Part shown: piece by piece, positions 10,164-18,920 of the stretch
Numbering within the stretch: the first letter of the stretch is position 1
How the letters are laid out: each line of letters begins with the position of its first letter
Source of the DNA: Oscillospiraceae bacterium
GTDB lineage: Bacteria; Bacillota; Clostridia; Oscillospirales; Ruminococcaceae
Length of the DNA stretch: 64,000 nucleotides
NCBI GenBank assembly: GCA_900768995.1
Contig: CAAGEZ010000017.1
Location: 22,455 to 86,454 of the forward strand
Direction of reading: 5' to 3'
Notes under the pieces: generated by a model
The model's input: only the letters and a program-made list of their open reading frames with translations
The model's database searches: none
What the model was told of the DNA's origin: nothing
Translations under genes and position numbers: made by a program

Positions 10164-10659
10164 TGACTGTATCCTCCGCTTTTACATTCACAAACGAACT
10201 GTCTATGCCCAGAGCCTGTGAAGCTGCTTTTTCAGCCGCTTTGATCTGTGAGCTGTTTTCGATAATAATTTCTGCTCCTGTAATAGATATGCTGCCGTCT
10301 GCGGAATTATTTATATCTACGGATATTTTTATTGGTTTTATCCCACGTGATGCAAGCTCATTACCAAGGCTCTCGCTGATATTCGCACTAATGAGCCTGT
10401 CGGTCTGACTGTCGTATATTTCAGAGTAATCATCGGGGATATTTTCCGTAAAATCAAACATATCGCCGTCAAGCTGTATATCCGCAAAGGGAGCGGCTAT
10501 CACAAGGATAAGTATGAGGGAGAATATCATATTTATCTGCCCCGAAAACTTTTCAGAGGGGGTCATATTTTTTAGCACCGAGAAAATTATCCCCAGCACA
10601 CAGGCAGATGCTGCCGAAGCGCAGAGCATATCCATAGGCATTCTCCTCCCTTTATGCAT
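10150..10659 (-). CDS. spoIIIAF: Stage III sporulation protein AF
   Basis: Position in the operon and two N-terminal transmembrane segments. Confidence 0.75.
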   Translation of the reverse strand: MHKGRRMPMDMLCASAASACVLGIIFSVLKNMTPSEKFSGQINMIFSLILILVIAAPFADIQLDGDMFDFTENIPDDYSEIYDSQTDRLISANISESLGNELASRGIKPIKISVDINNSADGSISITGAEIIIENSSQIKAAEKAASQALGIDSSFVNVKAEDTVNEYS

Positions 10660-11803
10660 TCACAGTGCCCATACCCGCCGCCATAAGTATAACGGTGGAT
10701 ATCACGAACATCACCGCAAAGCAGGCAAGCACCGCAGCGGTCAGGGAAAGCAGAGAGGAAGTGCCCTTGAAAAACACTCCAAGCTCCTTTACCCCAAACA
10801 TTTCCGCAGCAGCCTCTCCCGCAGACAGGGCAAGATACAGGCATAGGGTCTCAAGTACGGGCGGCAGCAGCATTATGCACAGTGCGATTATGCCGAAGGC
10901 CCCCGCCGCACCTCTCAGAAGTCCAAGCCCCGACCGCATAGTTGAATATGCGTCCGCAACGGCACTGCCCACCACGGGTACAAAATTTGATACCACAAAT
11001 TTTGCTGCCTTGACCCCGAGAGTGTCCGCCGATGCACCGACTATGGACTGTATGGAAAGCAGACCCGTAAACACGGTCATTGCAAAGCCGAGGAAAAGGG
11101 ATACCGCTTTTTTCAGAAGTCCTGTAACGGAGGAAAGGCTGAACGAGGGATTGATAGCGTCAATTATGCTCATAGCCGTGCAGACCGATATGACAGGCAT
11201 AAGTATATCGGAAGAAAGCCTTACCGCCGCCTCCGCAATAAGCAGGACTATGGCATTGTAGCTCACCGATGAAGCCGCATTGCCCGCCGCCGCAGATATC
11301 CCCGCAAATATTGGAACATAGCAGAGCATAAATTCACTGCCGCTTCTAAGCGTTTCGGCACAGCTTTTTATACAGCTGTCCACGGACGGTATCGTAAGTG
11401 TTACTGCCGCCATTACCGCCACCGCTCTGTAAAGCTCAGTGCCGCCCTTGTTCCCGAGTGAATCCGCAGCCGCACCCGAAGCAGCTCCAAGTATCACCAC
11501 CGAAAGTATCAGCCCAAGGAGCTTTATAGGTGCTGCGGCGCTGTGCTTTAGCTTTTCGGTCATATATGATATGACCGTTTTGGGTGTGAGAGCTGTAATG
11601 CTGTCAGGGTCATCGGGAGAGATGCCGTTATCTTCAAGAAAATCCGCCGCATCATACGGCAGTGCTTCGGAAATGCTGTCAACGCCGTATTCCTCTGCAA
11701 GCTCACCCACAGAGATATCCTCTGCCGAAACACTTTGAGATATGAACACCGCCGTGAGCAGTGAGATGATAAACGCCGTTAAAATTATTAAACACCGTCT
11801 CAT
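10652..11803 (-). CDS. spoIIIAE: Stage III sporulation protein AE
   Basis: A large polytopic membrane protein with a signal peptide. I chose the start at MRRCLIIL, which has a GAGGAAAG ribosome-binding site; the longest ORF reaches 11869 and would overlap spoIIIAD. Confidence 0.8.
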   Translation of the reverse strand: MRRCLIILTAFIISLLTAVFISQSVSAEDISVGELAEEYGVDSISEALPYDAADFLEDNGISPDDPDSITALTPKTVISYMTEKLKHSAAAPIKLLGLILSVVILGAASGAAADSLGNKGGTELYRAVAVMAAVTLTIPSVDSCIKSCAETLRSGSEFMLCYVPIFAGISAAAGNAASSVSYNAIVLLIAEAAVRLSSDILMPVISVCTAMSIIDAINPSFSLSSVTGLLKKAVSLFLGFAMTVFTGLLSIQSIVGASADTLGVKAAKFVVSNFVPVVGSAVADAYSTMRSGLGLLRGAAGAFGIIALCIMLLPPVLETLCLYLALSAGEAAAEMFGVKELGVFFKGTSSLLSLTAAVLACFAVMFVISTVILMAAGMGTVNA

Positions 11804-11813
11804 TTTTCTTTCC

Positions 11814-12209
11814 TCAATATATAAGTTCAAGGGCAAGCCCTGCCGTTTTTTCAAACAGTGGCAGTGCAAGTATCAAAAGTGCTGTTTTCCCTGCCATTTC
11901 AGCCTGCACCGCAAGAGTTCCCTCGCCGCTGTCACGGCATATGTCCGATGCAAGCTGGGTCAGACAGCATATTCCAAGACCTTTGAGCATTATTGTGAGA
12001 TATGTCTCATCTGCCGATATCCTGCTGTACATATCCTCTATCCGCTCGATCACGGGCACAAGGCAGCCGATAACAGCGGCTGATATGACCACCGCTGCGG
12101 CTATTTTTATAAGCACGCCGTATTCCTTTGCACCGTTGTCAAAAACACGGCACATTACAGCTGCAAATATGCACACTCCCGCTATGATAATAAGCTTATC
12201 CGCCGTCAT
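11814..12209 (-). CDS. spoIIIAD: Stage III sporulation protein AD
   Basis: A 131-aa membrane protein in the expected operon position. Confidence 0.8.
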   Translation of the reverse strand: MTADKLIIIAGVCIFAAVMCRVFDNGAKEYGVLIKIAAAVVISAAVIGCLVPVIERIEDMYSRISADETYLTIMLKGLGICCLTQLASDICRDSGEGTLAVQAEMAGKTALLILALPLFEKTAGLALELIY

Positions 12210-12211
12210 AG

Positions 12212-12406
12212 CTATATACCGAAGGTCTCACGGACGGTCTCGAACAGAGCGCCGATCTCGCTTATCATAAGCATAAGCACCACCACAAGCCCCGCAAGGG
12301 TGGTCATTAGAGCCTGCTCGTCCCGCTCCGCTTTTTTGAGAAGTATGTTCAGCACCGCCACGATTATCCCCACGCCTGCCACCTTGAAAATAAGCTCGAT
12401 ATCCAT
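12212..12406 (-). CDS. spoIIIAC: Stage III sporulation protein AC
   Basis: A 64-aa protein with two transmembrane segments, in the expected operon position. Confidence 0.8.
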   Translation of the reverse strand: MDIELIFKVAGVGIIVAVLNILLKKAERDEQALMTTLAGLVVVLMLMISEIGALFETVRETFGI

Positions 12407-12428
12407 TTTGTTTTATCGTCCCTTCTGA

Positions 12429-12950
12429 TCACACAAGCATTATGGCAATAAATGCACCCGCCACGGCTCCAAGTGCTCTGTAGAGCTTTCCTTTGGCAAT
12501 ATACTGCTCCCGTGCCTCGCTTATGAGCCTGTCCGTTTCATCACAAAGCCCTGTGAGCGCACAGAGCTGACCGTCGCTGTCGCAGGAACCAAGGATTCTG
12601 CCCGTTCTTGAAATAACGGATAAATCTTCTGCCGTAAGCTCCCCCGAATTTTCCGATATTGCCTTTTCCCAAAGCCCGTCAAAGGTCATTTCGCCGTCAT
12701 CAAAGCATTTTGTTGAATATTTCTGCAAGAATGCAATAAAGCCAAGGTCGGAAAGCTCATTATTTTCCGAAAGTCTGCGAATGATCTCCGAAACCTCAAG
12801 GGCCTCATAGCGTATCATTAGCCGCAGAGCTTCAAGCATTATCCGTACCTGTTTCAGCGTTTTAAGCCTTTTTTTCAGACTTTCCGCCGCAAATGAACCT
12901 GCCGCCACAGATGCGGTCAGAAGAAATACAGTTCCCACAAGCCTTATCAT
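12429..12950 (-). CDS. spoIIIAB: Stage III sporulation protein AB
   Basis: 173 aa, in the expected operon position. Confidence 0.8.
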   Translation of the reverse strand: MIRLVGTVFLLTASVAAGSFAAESLKKRLKTLKQVRIMLEALRLMIRYEALEVSEIIRRLSENNELSDLGFIAFLQKYSTKCFDDGEMTFDGLWEKAISENSGELTAEDLSVISRTGRILGSCDSDGQLCALTGLCDETDRLISEAREQYIAKGKLYRALGAVAGAFIAIMLV

Positions 12951-13870
12951 TTTCCCTCACCGCCCTCTCTCGGCTTTATAATTTCCTCCGACCTGTATAT
13001 CCGACTTATCTGCCTGTCCCGGATAAATGCTGCATATTCAAAAGCTTTGCAGGCGATAAGCGGATAAACACTGCTGCTTATAAGCTCTCTGATGCTGCCG
13101 CTGTGCATAGTTGCACCGATCTTCACGCCGCTTATCCACGCTCTTTTCAATGCCGCAATATCGTCATCAGCGCCTATCTCATCGCAGAATATCATTCTCG
13201 GAGACATTACTCTTACCGCTGAGGCTATCCCGTCGGATTTTGAAAACCCGCTGAATACATCTGTGTTTACACCAACGTGATTATTGTGATTTCCGCCGCT
13301 GACGGAGGCTATCTCAAATCGCTCGTCAATGAGTGACACGGGAAGCCTGTCCCCCACCTGACGGCAAAGGTCTCTGAGCACAGTGGTCTTTCCCGAACAG
13401 GGTTCACCGAATATGATAATGCTTTTAAGACCATTTTGCATAACCGCAGACATAATTTCATCTGCTGCACCGATTACCTCTCCCGCTATCCTGAAATTTA
13501 TGCCGTTTATGTATTTGAGATTTTCGATTTTCCCCGATGATGAATATACTGCCGTTCCGCAGAAGCCTGCTCTGTGACCGCCCGCCACCGTTACAAAGCC
13601 GTTGTTTATCTGATTCTGGCAGCTGTGTATGGAATATCGGCAGACCGCTTCAAAGCAGTGGCGTATGTCCTCGATAGTCACCCGAAGTGCTTTTTCTGGG
13701 ACTGATGCAAATGTGCCGCTTTCCGTGATATATGCATATTTATCCGGGAGTGTCACGGCAAGGGGTTCTCCCGCACGGAGCCGTATTTCGCTGATATTCC
13801 CGTTTACCGCCGACAATGCTTTTGCTGTCCGAGGAGAAAAATATCTCAGAACATTTGATACTGCCGTCAT
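12947..13870 (-). CDS. spoIIIAA: Stage III sporulation protein AA (secretion-type ATPase)
   Basis: Walker A motif GEPCSGKTT, with N-terminus MTAVSNVLRYFSPRTAKAL. I chose the start at 13870, which has a GGGGAAG ribosome-binding site; the longest ORF reaches 13954. Confidence 0.85.
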   Translation of the reverse strand: MTAVSNVLRYFSPRTAKALSAVNGNISEIRLRAGEPLAVTLPDKYAYITESGTFASVPEKALRVTIEDIRHCFEAVCRYSIHSCQNQINNGFVTVAGGHRAGFCGTAVYSSSGKIENLKYINGINFRIAGEVIGAADEIMSAVMQNGLKSIIIFGEPCSGKTTVLRDLCRQVGDRLPVSLIDERFEIASVSGGNHNNHVGVNTDVFSGFSKSDGIASAVRVMSPRMIFCDEIGADDDIAALKRAWISGVKIGATMHSGSIRELISSSVYPLIACKAFEYAAFIRDRQISRIYRSEEIIKPREGGEGK

Positions 13871-13947
13871 TTTAAGCTTCCCCGTCCTTTCCTTGTTTGT
13901 ACATTCTATTCGGACAAGGTTCCTTTTATTCTTAAAATAATATGCTA

Positions 13948-13976
13948 TTGACATTTAGATGTATCTGTTATAAAAT
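13948..13976 (+). promoter_or_regulatory. Sigma-A-type promoter TTGACA, 17 nt, TAAAAT, upstream of the sigma-fusion gene at 14063.
   Basis: An exact -35 hexamer at 13948-13953 and a -10 TAAAAT at 13971-13976 with 17-nt spacing, about 85 nt upstream of the ATG. The ribosome-binding site is AAGGAG at 14050. Confidence 0.55.
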
Positions 13977-14062
13977 AATTTAACGGATTTTTTCAAAACC
14001 ACCAAACCTTGCATTCTGATATGCGACTGTATAAGTGAAAGCTTTCAAACAAGGAGTTCATT

Positions 14063-15718
14063 ATGAACAAATATCAATTAACAGAATATGCCGAGCTTCT
14101 GTTCAGTACGGCAGTTTACAAAACAGAGAATATCACAGATGCAGAGGATCTGGTTCAGGATACATTAATAGCGGCACTTGCGGCAATAGAGCAGAAAAAA
14201 GAGATCAGTGACCCTAAGGGCTGGCTTATGACTGTTCTGAACCGCAGATATTATGATATGCTGAGACGCAAATACCGCAAGCCGCTTGTGAGCTTCGATG
14301 TGATAGAGGATATTCCCGAAAATAATGCTGTATGGGACAAGATAGAAAGCTCTGAGGCAGCGGAAAATATACGCCGCTCACTCAGCAGTCTTGTAAGTCT
14401 TTACAGACAGGTAATGGTGCGGTATTATATGCACAATGAAAGCATCAGACATATCGCCGATGCCCTCGGTATTCCCGAAAATACTGTAAAATCCCGTCTT
14501 GATACAGGAAGAAAGCATATCAGAAAGGAATTTGGTATGGAAAATTATACTAAGCAAAGCTATGAACCTGAGCAGCTCTGGCTGTGCAACAGCGGAAAAA
14601 GCGGTCTTAACAATGAGCCTTTTTCTCTTGTGGGAAATAACAGGATAGAAATGAATCTGCTCATACTGGCATACGAAAAGCCTGTGACTGTCCCCGAGCT
14701 TGCAAAGGCTATCGGGATTTCCACAACTTATATTGAACCAATAGTTGACAAGCTTGTAACAGGTGAGCTTATGAAGCGTGTCTCAGACAAGGTATATACA
14801 GACTTCATAATCTATACCGAAAAGGACAGGACTGCAAACAACAGGCTTGAAAGAGAAATAGCGGATAAATGCTATAAAGGGGTATGGGAAATAGTTGACA
14901 GCGGTTTTGACGAGCTTAGGCAGGCGGATTTTTATTGTAAGCTCACATCATCTCAGCAAGAAAAGCTGGAAAGCTTTTTTGCGGTGAGAACTGTTCAGGC
15001 TGCTGTAAACAATGTAAGAAATCAAGTTTCGGGAACTTATCCCTTTGAAAGCTATCCCGACAGAAAAAACGGCGGCAAATGGTTTGCTATGGGAAACAGG
15101 TATCCGAGCTCATATGACTGGAAAAAAGAATATCATAAATATTCAATAAGCGGAGAATCGGTTCAGCAGCTTGACAATTACTGCGGTGCAAAAGCCATAG
15201 TTTCCTGCGAGTATGACTGTGACTTGGGCAAAACTCACAGCGGTTACGGCGGCGACGGCGATCTACCGTTCAAAATGGACGGTATTGATGTCGTAAAAAT
15301 GCTTTATGCACTTCATAAGGGTAAGGAAGATGACCTGCCCATAATAAATACCCACTGCTTTGAAAACACAGACGGTCTTATCAGAATGGGATTTCTCGAA
15401 AGAGATAAAAACGGTCAGGTCATAAATGCGGTCCCTGTTATAGGAATGGCTGATCGTTGGGAGCTTTACAAACTTTCGGAAAAGTATGATAATATCATTT
15501 CAAACAGCTTTGAAAAAGAATTTATGCGGCTTATGAATGACCCTGTCAAGCTGCCCGAACATCTCAGGTCTGTACCCGAATGGCAGAGATATATGTGGTG
15601 CTGTTCATCTCTCACGATGATGATAATACTTAACGCTCATAACAGCGGGTTGTTTTTTTGTGGAAGAGATCTGGAAAGAAGTCCTGTTCCGGCAAAATTT
15701 ATTGCAGTTGATATATAA
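14063..15718 (+). CDS. ECF-type sigma-70 factor (regions 2 and 4) fused to a roughly 380-aa C-terminal extension of unknown function.
   Basis: Residues 1-165 carry sigma-70 region 2 (EDLVQDTLIAALAA...GWLMTVLNRRYYDMLRRK) and region 4 (IRHIADALGIPENTVKSRLDTGRKHIRK). The rest contains a winged-helix-like stretch (LILAYEKPVTVPELAKAIGISTTYIEPIVDKLVTGELMKRV) and Cys/His clusters (CEYDCDLGKTHSGYGGDGD, HCFENTD, WCCSS). Confidence 0.7.
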   Translation: MNKYQLTEYAELLFSTAVYKTENITDAEDLVQDTLIAALAAIEQKKEISDPKGWLMTVLNRRYYDMLRRKYRKPLVSFDVIEDIPENNAVWDKIESSEAAENIRRSLSSLVSLYRQVMVRYYMHNESIRHIADALGIPENTVKSRLDTGRKHIRKEFGMENYTKQSYEPEQLWLCNSGKSGLNNEPFSLVGNNRIEMNLLILAYEKPVTVPELAKAIGISTTYIEPIVDKLVTGELMKRVSDKVYTDFIIYTEKDRTANNRLEREIADKCYKGVWEIVDSGFDELRQADFYCKLTSSQQEKLESFFAVRTVQAAVNNVRNQVSGTYPFESYPDRKNGGKWFAMGNRYPSSYDWKKEYHKYSISGESVQQLDNYCGAKAIVSCEYDCDLGKTHSGYGGDGDLPFKMDGIDVVKMLYALHKGKEDDLPIINTHCFENTDGLIRMGFLERDKNGQVINAVPVIGMADRWELYKLSEKYDNIISNSFEKEFMRLMNDPVKLPEHLRSVPEWQRYMWCCSSLTMMIILNAHNSGLFFCGRDLERSPVPAKFIAVDI

Positions 15719-15777
15719 ATAATATGAAAAGCGGCTTGCCTTTTTACAGACAAGCCGCTTTCTCTATGCATATTAAA

Positions 15778-16791
15778 TTATTTAAGCTCGTAAAGGCTCA
15801 TTTCGCTTTCCTGACGCTTGGGTCTGCCCATAAGCTCACGAATAGCGTCTCTGGGGCTTGCGCCGTTATAAAGCACATCATAGCATTTTTCAGTGATAGG
15901 CAGGCATATCTTGCACTTTCTTGACAGCTCATAGGCTGCCTTGGTGCAGAAATATCCCTCAACAGTGCCGACCTGCTTTACAGCCTCTTCGGGGTCAACG
16001 CCCTGTCCGATAAGTATGCCCGCACGTCTGTTTCGGCTGTGCATACTGGTGCAGGTAACGATAAGATCGCCTATTCCCGAAAGTCCCGCAAAGGTCTTTT
16101 CCTTGCCGCCAAGAGCAATTCCGAGACGGGTTATCTCCCACATACCTCTTGTCATAAGAGCAGCCTTTGTGTTGTCACCGAAGCCCATTCCGTCGCATAT
16201 TCCTGCGCAAAGAGCAATAATGTTCTTCATAGCTCCGCCAATCTCACAGCCGATAACGTCATCATTGTTGTAAATTCTGAGAGTGCTGTTTGACATTACG
16301 GTCTGAACATATTCAGCCTGTGCGGGTATCTCGGAAGCGGCAATTACGGTGGTGGGCATTCCTATAGCCACTTCCTCAGCGTGGGAAGGACCTGTGAGAA
16401 CTACTATCTTCTTGCCTGTTTCCTCAAAAATAACCTGACTGATGAATTTGAGCGAACCGCCCTCAAGTCCCTTGCCTGTGTTGACAACGACGCTCTTTTC
16501 GTCAATATAGGGAGCGGCTTCCTTTGCCACATCTCTTACAAAATTAACGGGAATACCGAAAATAACAAGATCCTTGCCCTTTGCTTCGGATATATCATCG
16601 GTAAGGCGAATTTCCTTGCTTATCTTTACGCCGGGGAGCTTTGCCTTGTTTTCGCCGTCACGTCTGATATCATCAAGCTCAGCCTTGAATTTTGACCATA
16701 CGGTAACATCGTGGCCCATTCCGTTAAGCATCACCGCAAGACTGAGTCCGAATCCGCCTGAACCGAGAACGATTATATCTGCCTTTTCCAT
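15778..16791 (-). CDS. gpsA: NAD(P)H-dependent glycerol-3-phosphate dehydrogenase
   Basis: Rossmann N-terminus IIVLGSGGFGLSLAVML and the conserved GpsA C-terminal domain. Confidence 0.9.
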   Translation of the reverse strand: MEKADIIVLGSGGFGLSLAVMLNGMGHDVTVWSKFKAELDDIRRDGENKAKLPGVKISKEIRLTDDISEAKGKDLVIFGIPVNFVRDVAKEAAPYIDEKSVVVNTGKGLEGGSLKFISQVIFEETGKKIVVLTGPSHAEEVAIGMPTTVIAASEIPAQAEYVQTVMSNSTLRIYNNDDVIGCEIGGAMKNIIALCAGICDGMGFGDNTKAALMTRGMWEITRLGIALGGKEKTFAGLSGIGDLIVTCTSMHSRNRRAGILIGQGVDPEEAVKQVGTVEGYFCTKAAYELSRKCKICLPITEKCYDVLYNGASPRDAIRELMGRPKRQESEMSLYELK

Positions 16792-16808
16792 AGTAATTCC
16801 TCCTTGAA

Positions 16809-17516
16809 TTATTTCACTTCGTCCGAATCATTCATAACGCCCGTGTCTTTTTTCTTGCTGCCGAATTTATTTTCGGTGCCGTTTTTAAGTCTCCGGATAT
16901 TTGAACGGTGCATATAGATAAGCAGTATGCTGGTGCAGAGCACAAGTCCCGTATGAAGCAGGGCACGTGGAGCGCCGATGTCATATATAAAATAATGAAC
17001 GCAGAATGTTATTATGGGATATACCGCAGCCGCAAGTATGGAGCCAAGGGAAACATACCTCGATATGGCAACAACTATCGCAAAGAACGGGATAACGATG
17101 CAGAATGTTACAGGGTCGATGACCAGCAGAATCGAGCAGGAAACGAGCACGCCCTTGCCGCCCTTGAAGCCGTAATAAAGGGGAAAAATGTGACCGATGA
17201 TTGAGAAAAGTCCCGATATGTAGCCGATAGCACGGCGGTCAATAAAATATACGCTCTCAAAATTCGCTCCGAGAAGAAGCTTTGCAATAGTTATTGAAAG
17301 GAATGCGGCGATAACGCCCTTTGCAAGGTCGCCTATGAGAGTTATAAGAGCAGGAACCTTGCCGTAGCAGCGCAGGGTGTTTGTAAGCCCTGCGTTCTTG
17401 CTTCCGTGCTCACGGATATCCTCGTGCTTTAAGAGCTTTACGGTTATAATTGCGCTGTTGCAGCTTCCGAGAAGATAGGAAAGAACTGCGGTTATGAGCA
17501 ATGTCAGTATCAGCAT
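16809..17516 (-). CDS. plsY: Glycerol-3-phosphate acyltransferase PlsY
   Basis: GSCNSAIIT and GSKNAGLTNTLR are PlsY motifs, in a polytopic membrane protein. The start is uncertain. Confidence 0.85.
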   Translation of the reverse strand: MLILTLLITAVLSYLLGSCNSAIITVKLLKHEDIREHGSKNAGLTNTLRCYGKVPALITLIGDLAKGVIAAFLSITIAKLLLGANFESVYFIDRRAIGYISGLFSIIGHIFPLYYGFKGGKGVLVSCSILLVIDPVTFCIVIPFFAIVVAISRYVSLGSILAAAVYPIITFCVHYFIYDIGAPRALLHTGLVLCTSILLIYMHRSNIRRLKNGTENKFGSKKKDTGVMNDSDEVK

Positions 17517-17561
17517 ATTAAAATTACCTCTTGTCCCCACGGAGCTGCTGCTCCGAAAGGT

Positions 17562-18890
17562 TTATTTTGTGTCGCTGTTATCACGTTCCCTGATAACGAA
17601 GCGGACGGGAGTGCCTGTAAGTCCGAAGGTCTGACGTATCTGATTTTCGATGTATCTCTGATAAGAGAAATGGAAAAGGTCAGCACGGTTTACAAATACA
17701 ACGAACGTTGGAGGCTTTGTGGAAGCCTGCGTCATATAGTAAATTTTCAGTCGTCTTCCCTTGTCGGAGGGGGGCTGTACCCTCGTTGTGGCATATGAGA
17801 GCACATCATTCAGCATACCTGTGGTTATTCTCATACTGTTCTGAGAATTTACGCTGTTGATGAGAGGGAAAAGCTTGTCGATACGCTGTCCTGTCTTTGC
17901 GGAAATGAAAATGAAAGGCACATAGGACATAAAGCTGAACTTTTCTTTCAGGTCATTGGTGAAATCCTCCATTGTGTTGGAGTCCTTTTCAACAGCGTCC
18001 CACTTGTTTACCGCAACGATGCAGGCCTTGCCCTGCTCGTGAGCATAGCCCGCAACCTTGGAATCCTGATCGGTAAAGCCAACAAGGGCATCAATGACGA
18101 TAACGCATACATCGGAGCGGTCAACAGCCATATAAGCTCTCAGAACGCTGTAATGCTCGATTTTTTCAGTTACCTTGGACTTTCTTCTGATTCCAGCTGT
18201 GTCGATAAACACGTACTTGCCGTTTTCATTCTCGATAACAGTATCCGTAGCGTCACGGGTGGTTCCTGCAATATCGGAAACGATAACTCGCTCCTCGCCG
18301 GCAATGCGGTTGATGAGTGAGGATTTTCCGACATTAGGCTTTCCGATAACGGCAACCTTTATATATTCCTCGTCATATTCATCAGTCTCGCCCTCTGGGA
18401 AATACTTGAAAACCTCGTCAAGAAGATCGCCAGAGCCGTGACCGTGCTGAGCGGAAACTGCGATAGGGTCGCCAACACCGAGGTTATAAAACTCGTAGAA
18501 CTCAGGAGGAGGATCACCGATGCTGTCACATTTATTTACAGCAAGGATTATGGGCTTTCCACTTTTCTGGAGCATTGAAGCCACTTCATAGTCATCGGCA
18601 GTGACGCCGCAGCGGATATCGGTGAGAAAAACAATAACGTCGGCTTTCTCAATTGCGACCTGTGCCTGCCGTCTCATCTGAGCAAGGATTATATCCTCGC
18701 TGGCAGGCTCGATTCCTCCCGTATCAACTATCATAAACTCCCTGTTTCGCCACTCGCATTTTGAATAAATACGGTCACGGGTAACGCCGGGAGTGTCCTC
18801 AACAATGGACAGACGCTTGCCTGTCAGCTTGTTGAAAAGGGTGGACTTGCCCACGTTTGGGCGGCCCACTATTGCAAGAATAGGCAGCAT
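17562..18890 (-). CDS. der: Ribosome-biogenesis GTPase Der (EngA)
   Basis: Tandem GTPase domains (GRPNVGKS and GKPNVGKSS) followed by a KH-like C-terminal domain. Confidence 0.95.
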   Translation of the reverse strand: MLPILAIVGRPNVGKSTLFNKLTGKRLSIVEDTPGVTRDRIYSKCEWRNREFMIVDTGGIEPASEDIILAQMRRQAQVAIEKADVIVFLTDIRCGVTADDYEVASMLQKSGKPIILAVNKCDSIGDPPPEFYEFYNLGVGDPIAVSAQHGHGSGDLLDEVFKYFPEGETDEYDEEYIKVAVIGKPNVGKSSLINRIAGEERVIVSDIAGTTRDATDTVIENENGKYVFIDTAGIRRKSKVTEKIEHYSVLRAYMAVDRSDVCVIVIDALVGFTDQDSKVAGYAHEQGKACIVAVNKWDAVEKDSNTMEDFTNDLKEKFSFMSYVPFIFISAKTGQRIDKLFPLINSVNSQNSMRITTGMLNDVLSYATTRVQPPSDKGRRLKIYYMTQASTKPPTFVVFVNRADLFHFSYQRYIENQIRQTFGLTGTPVRFVIRERDNSDTK

Positions 18891-18920
18891 ATATTACCTT
18901 CCTTTCAAATTCAAAAATAT

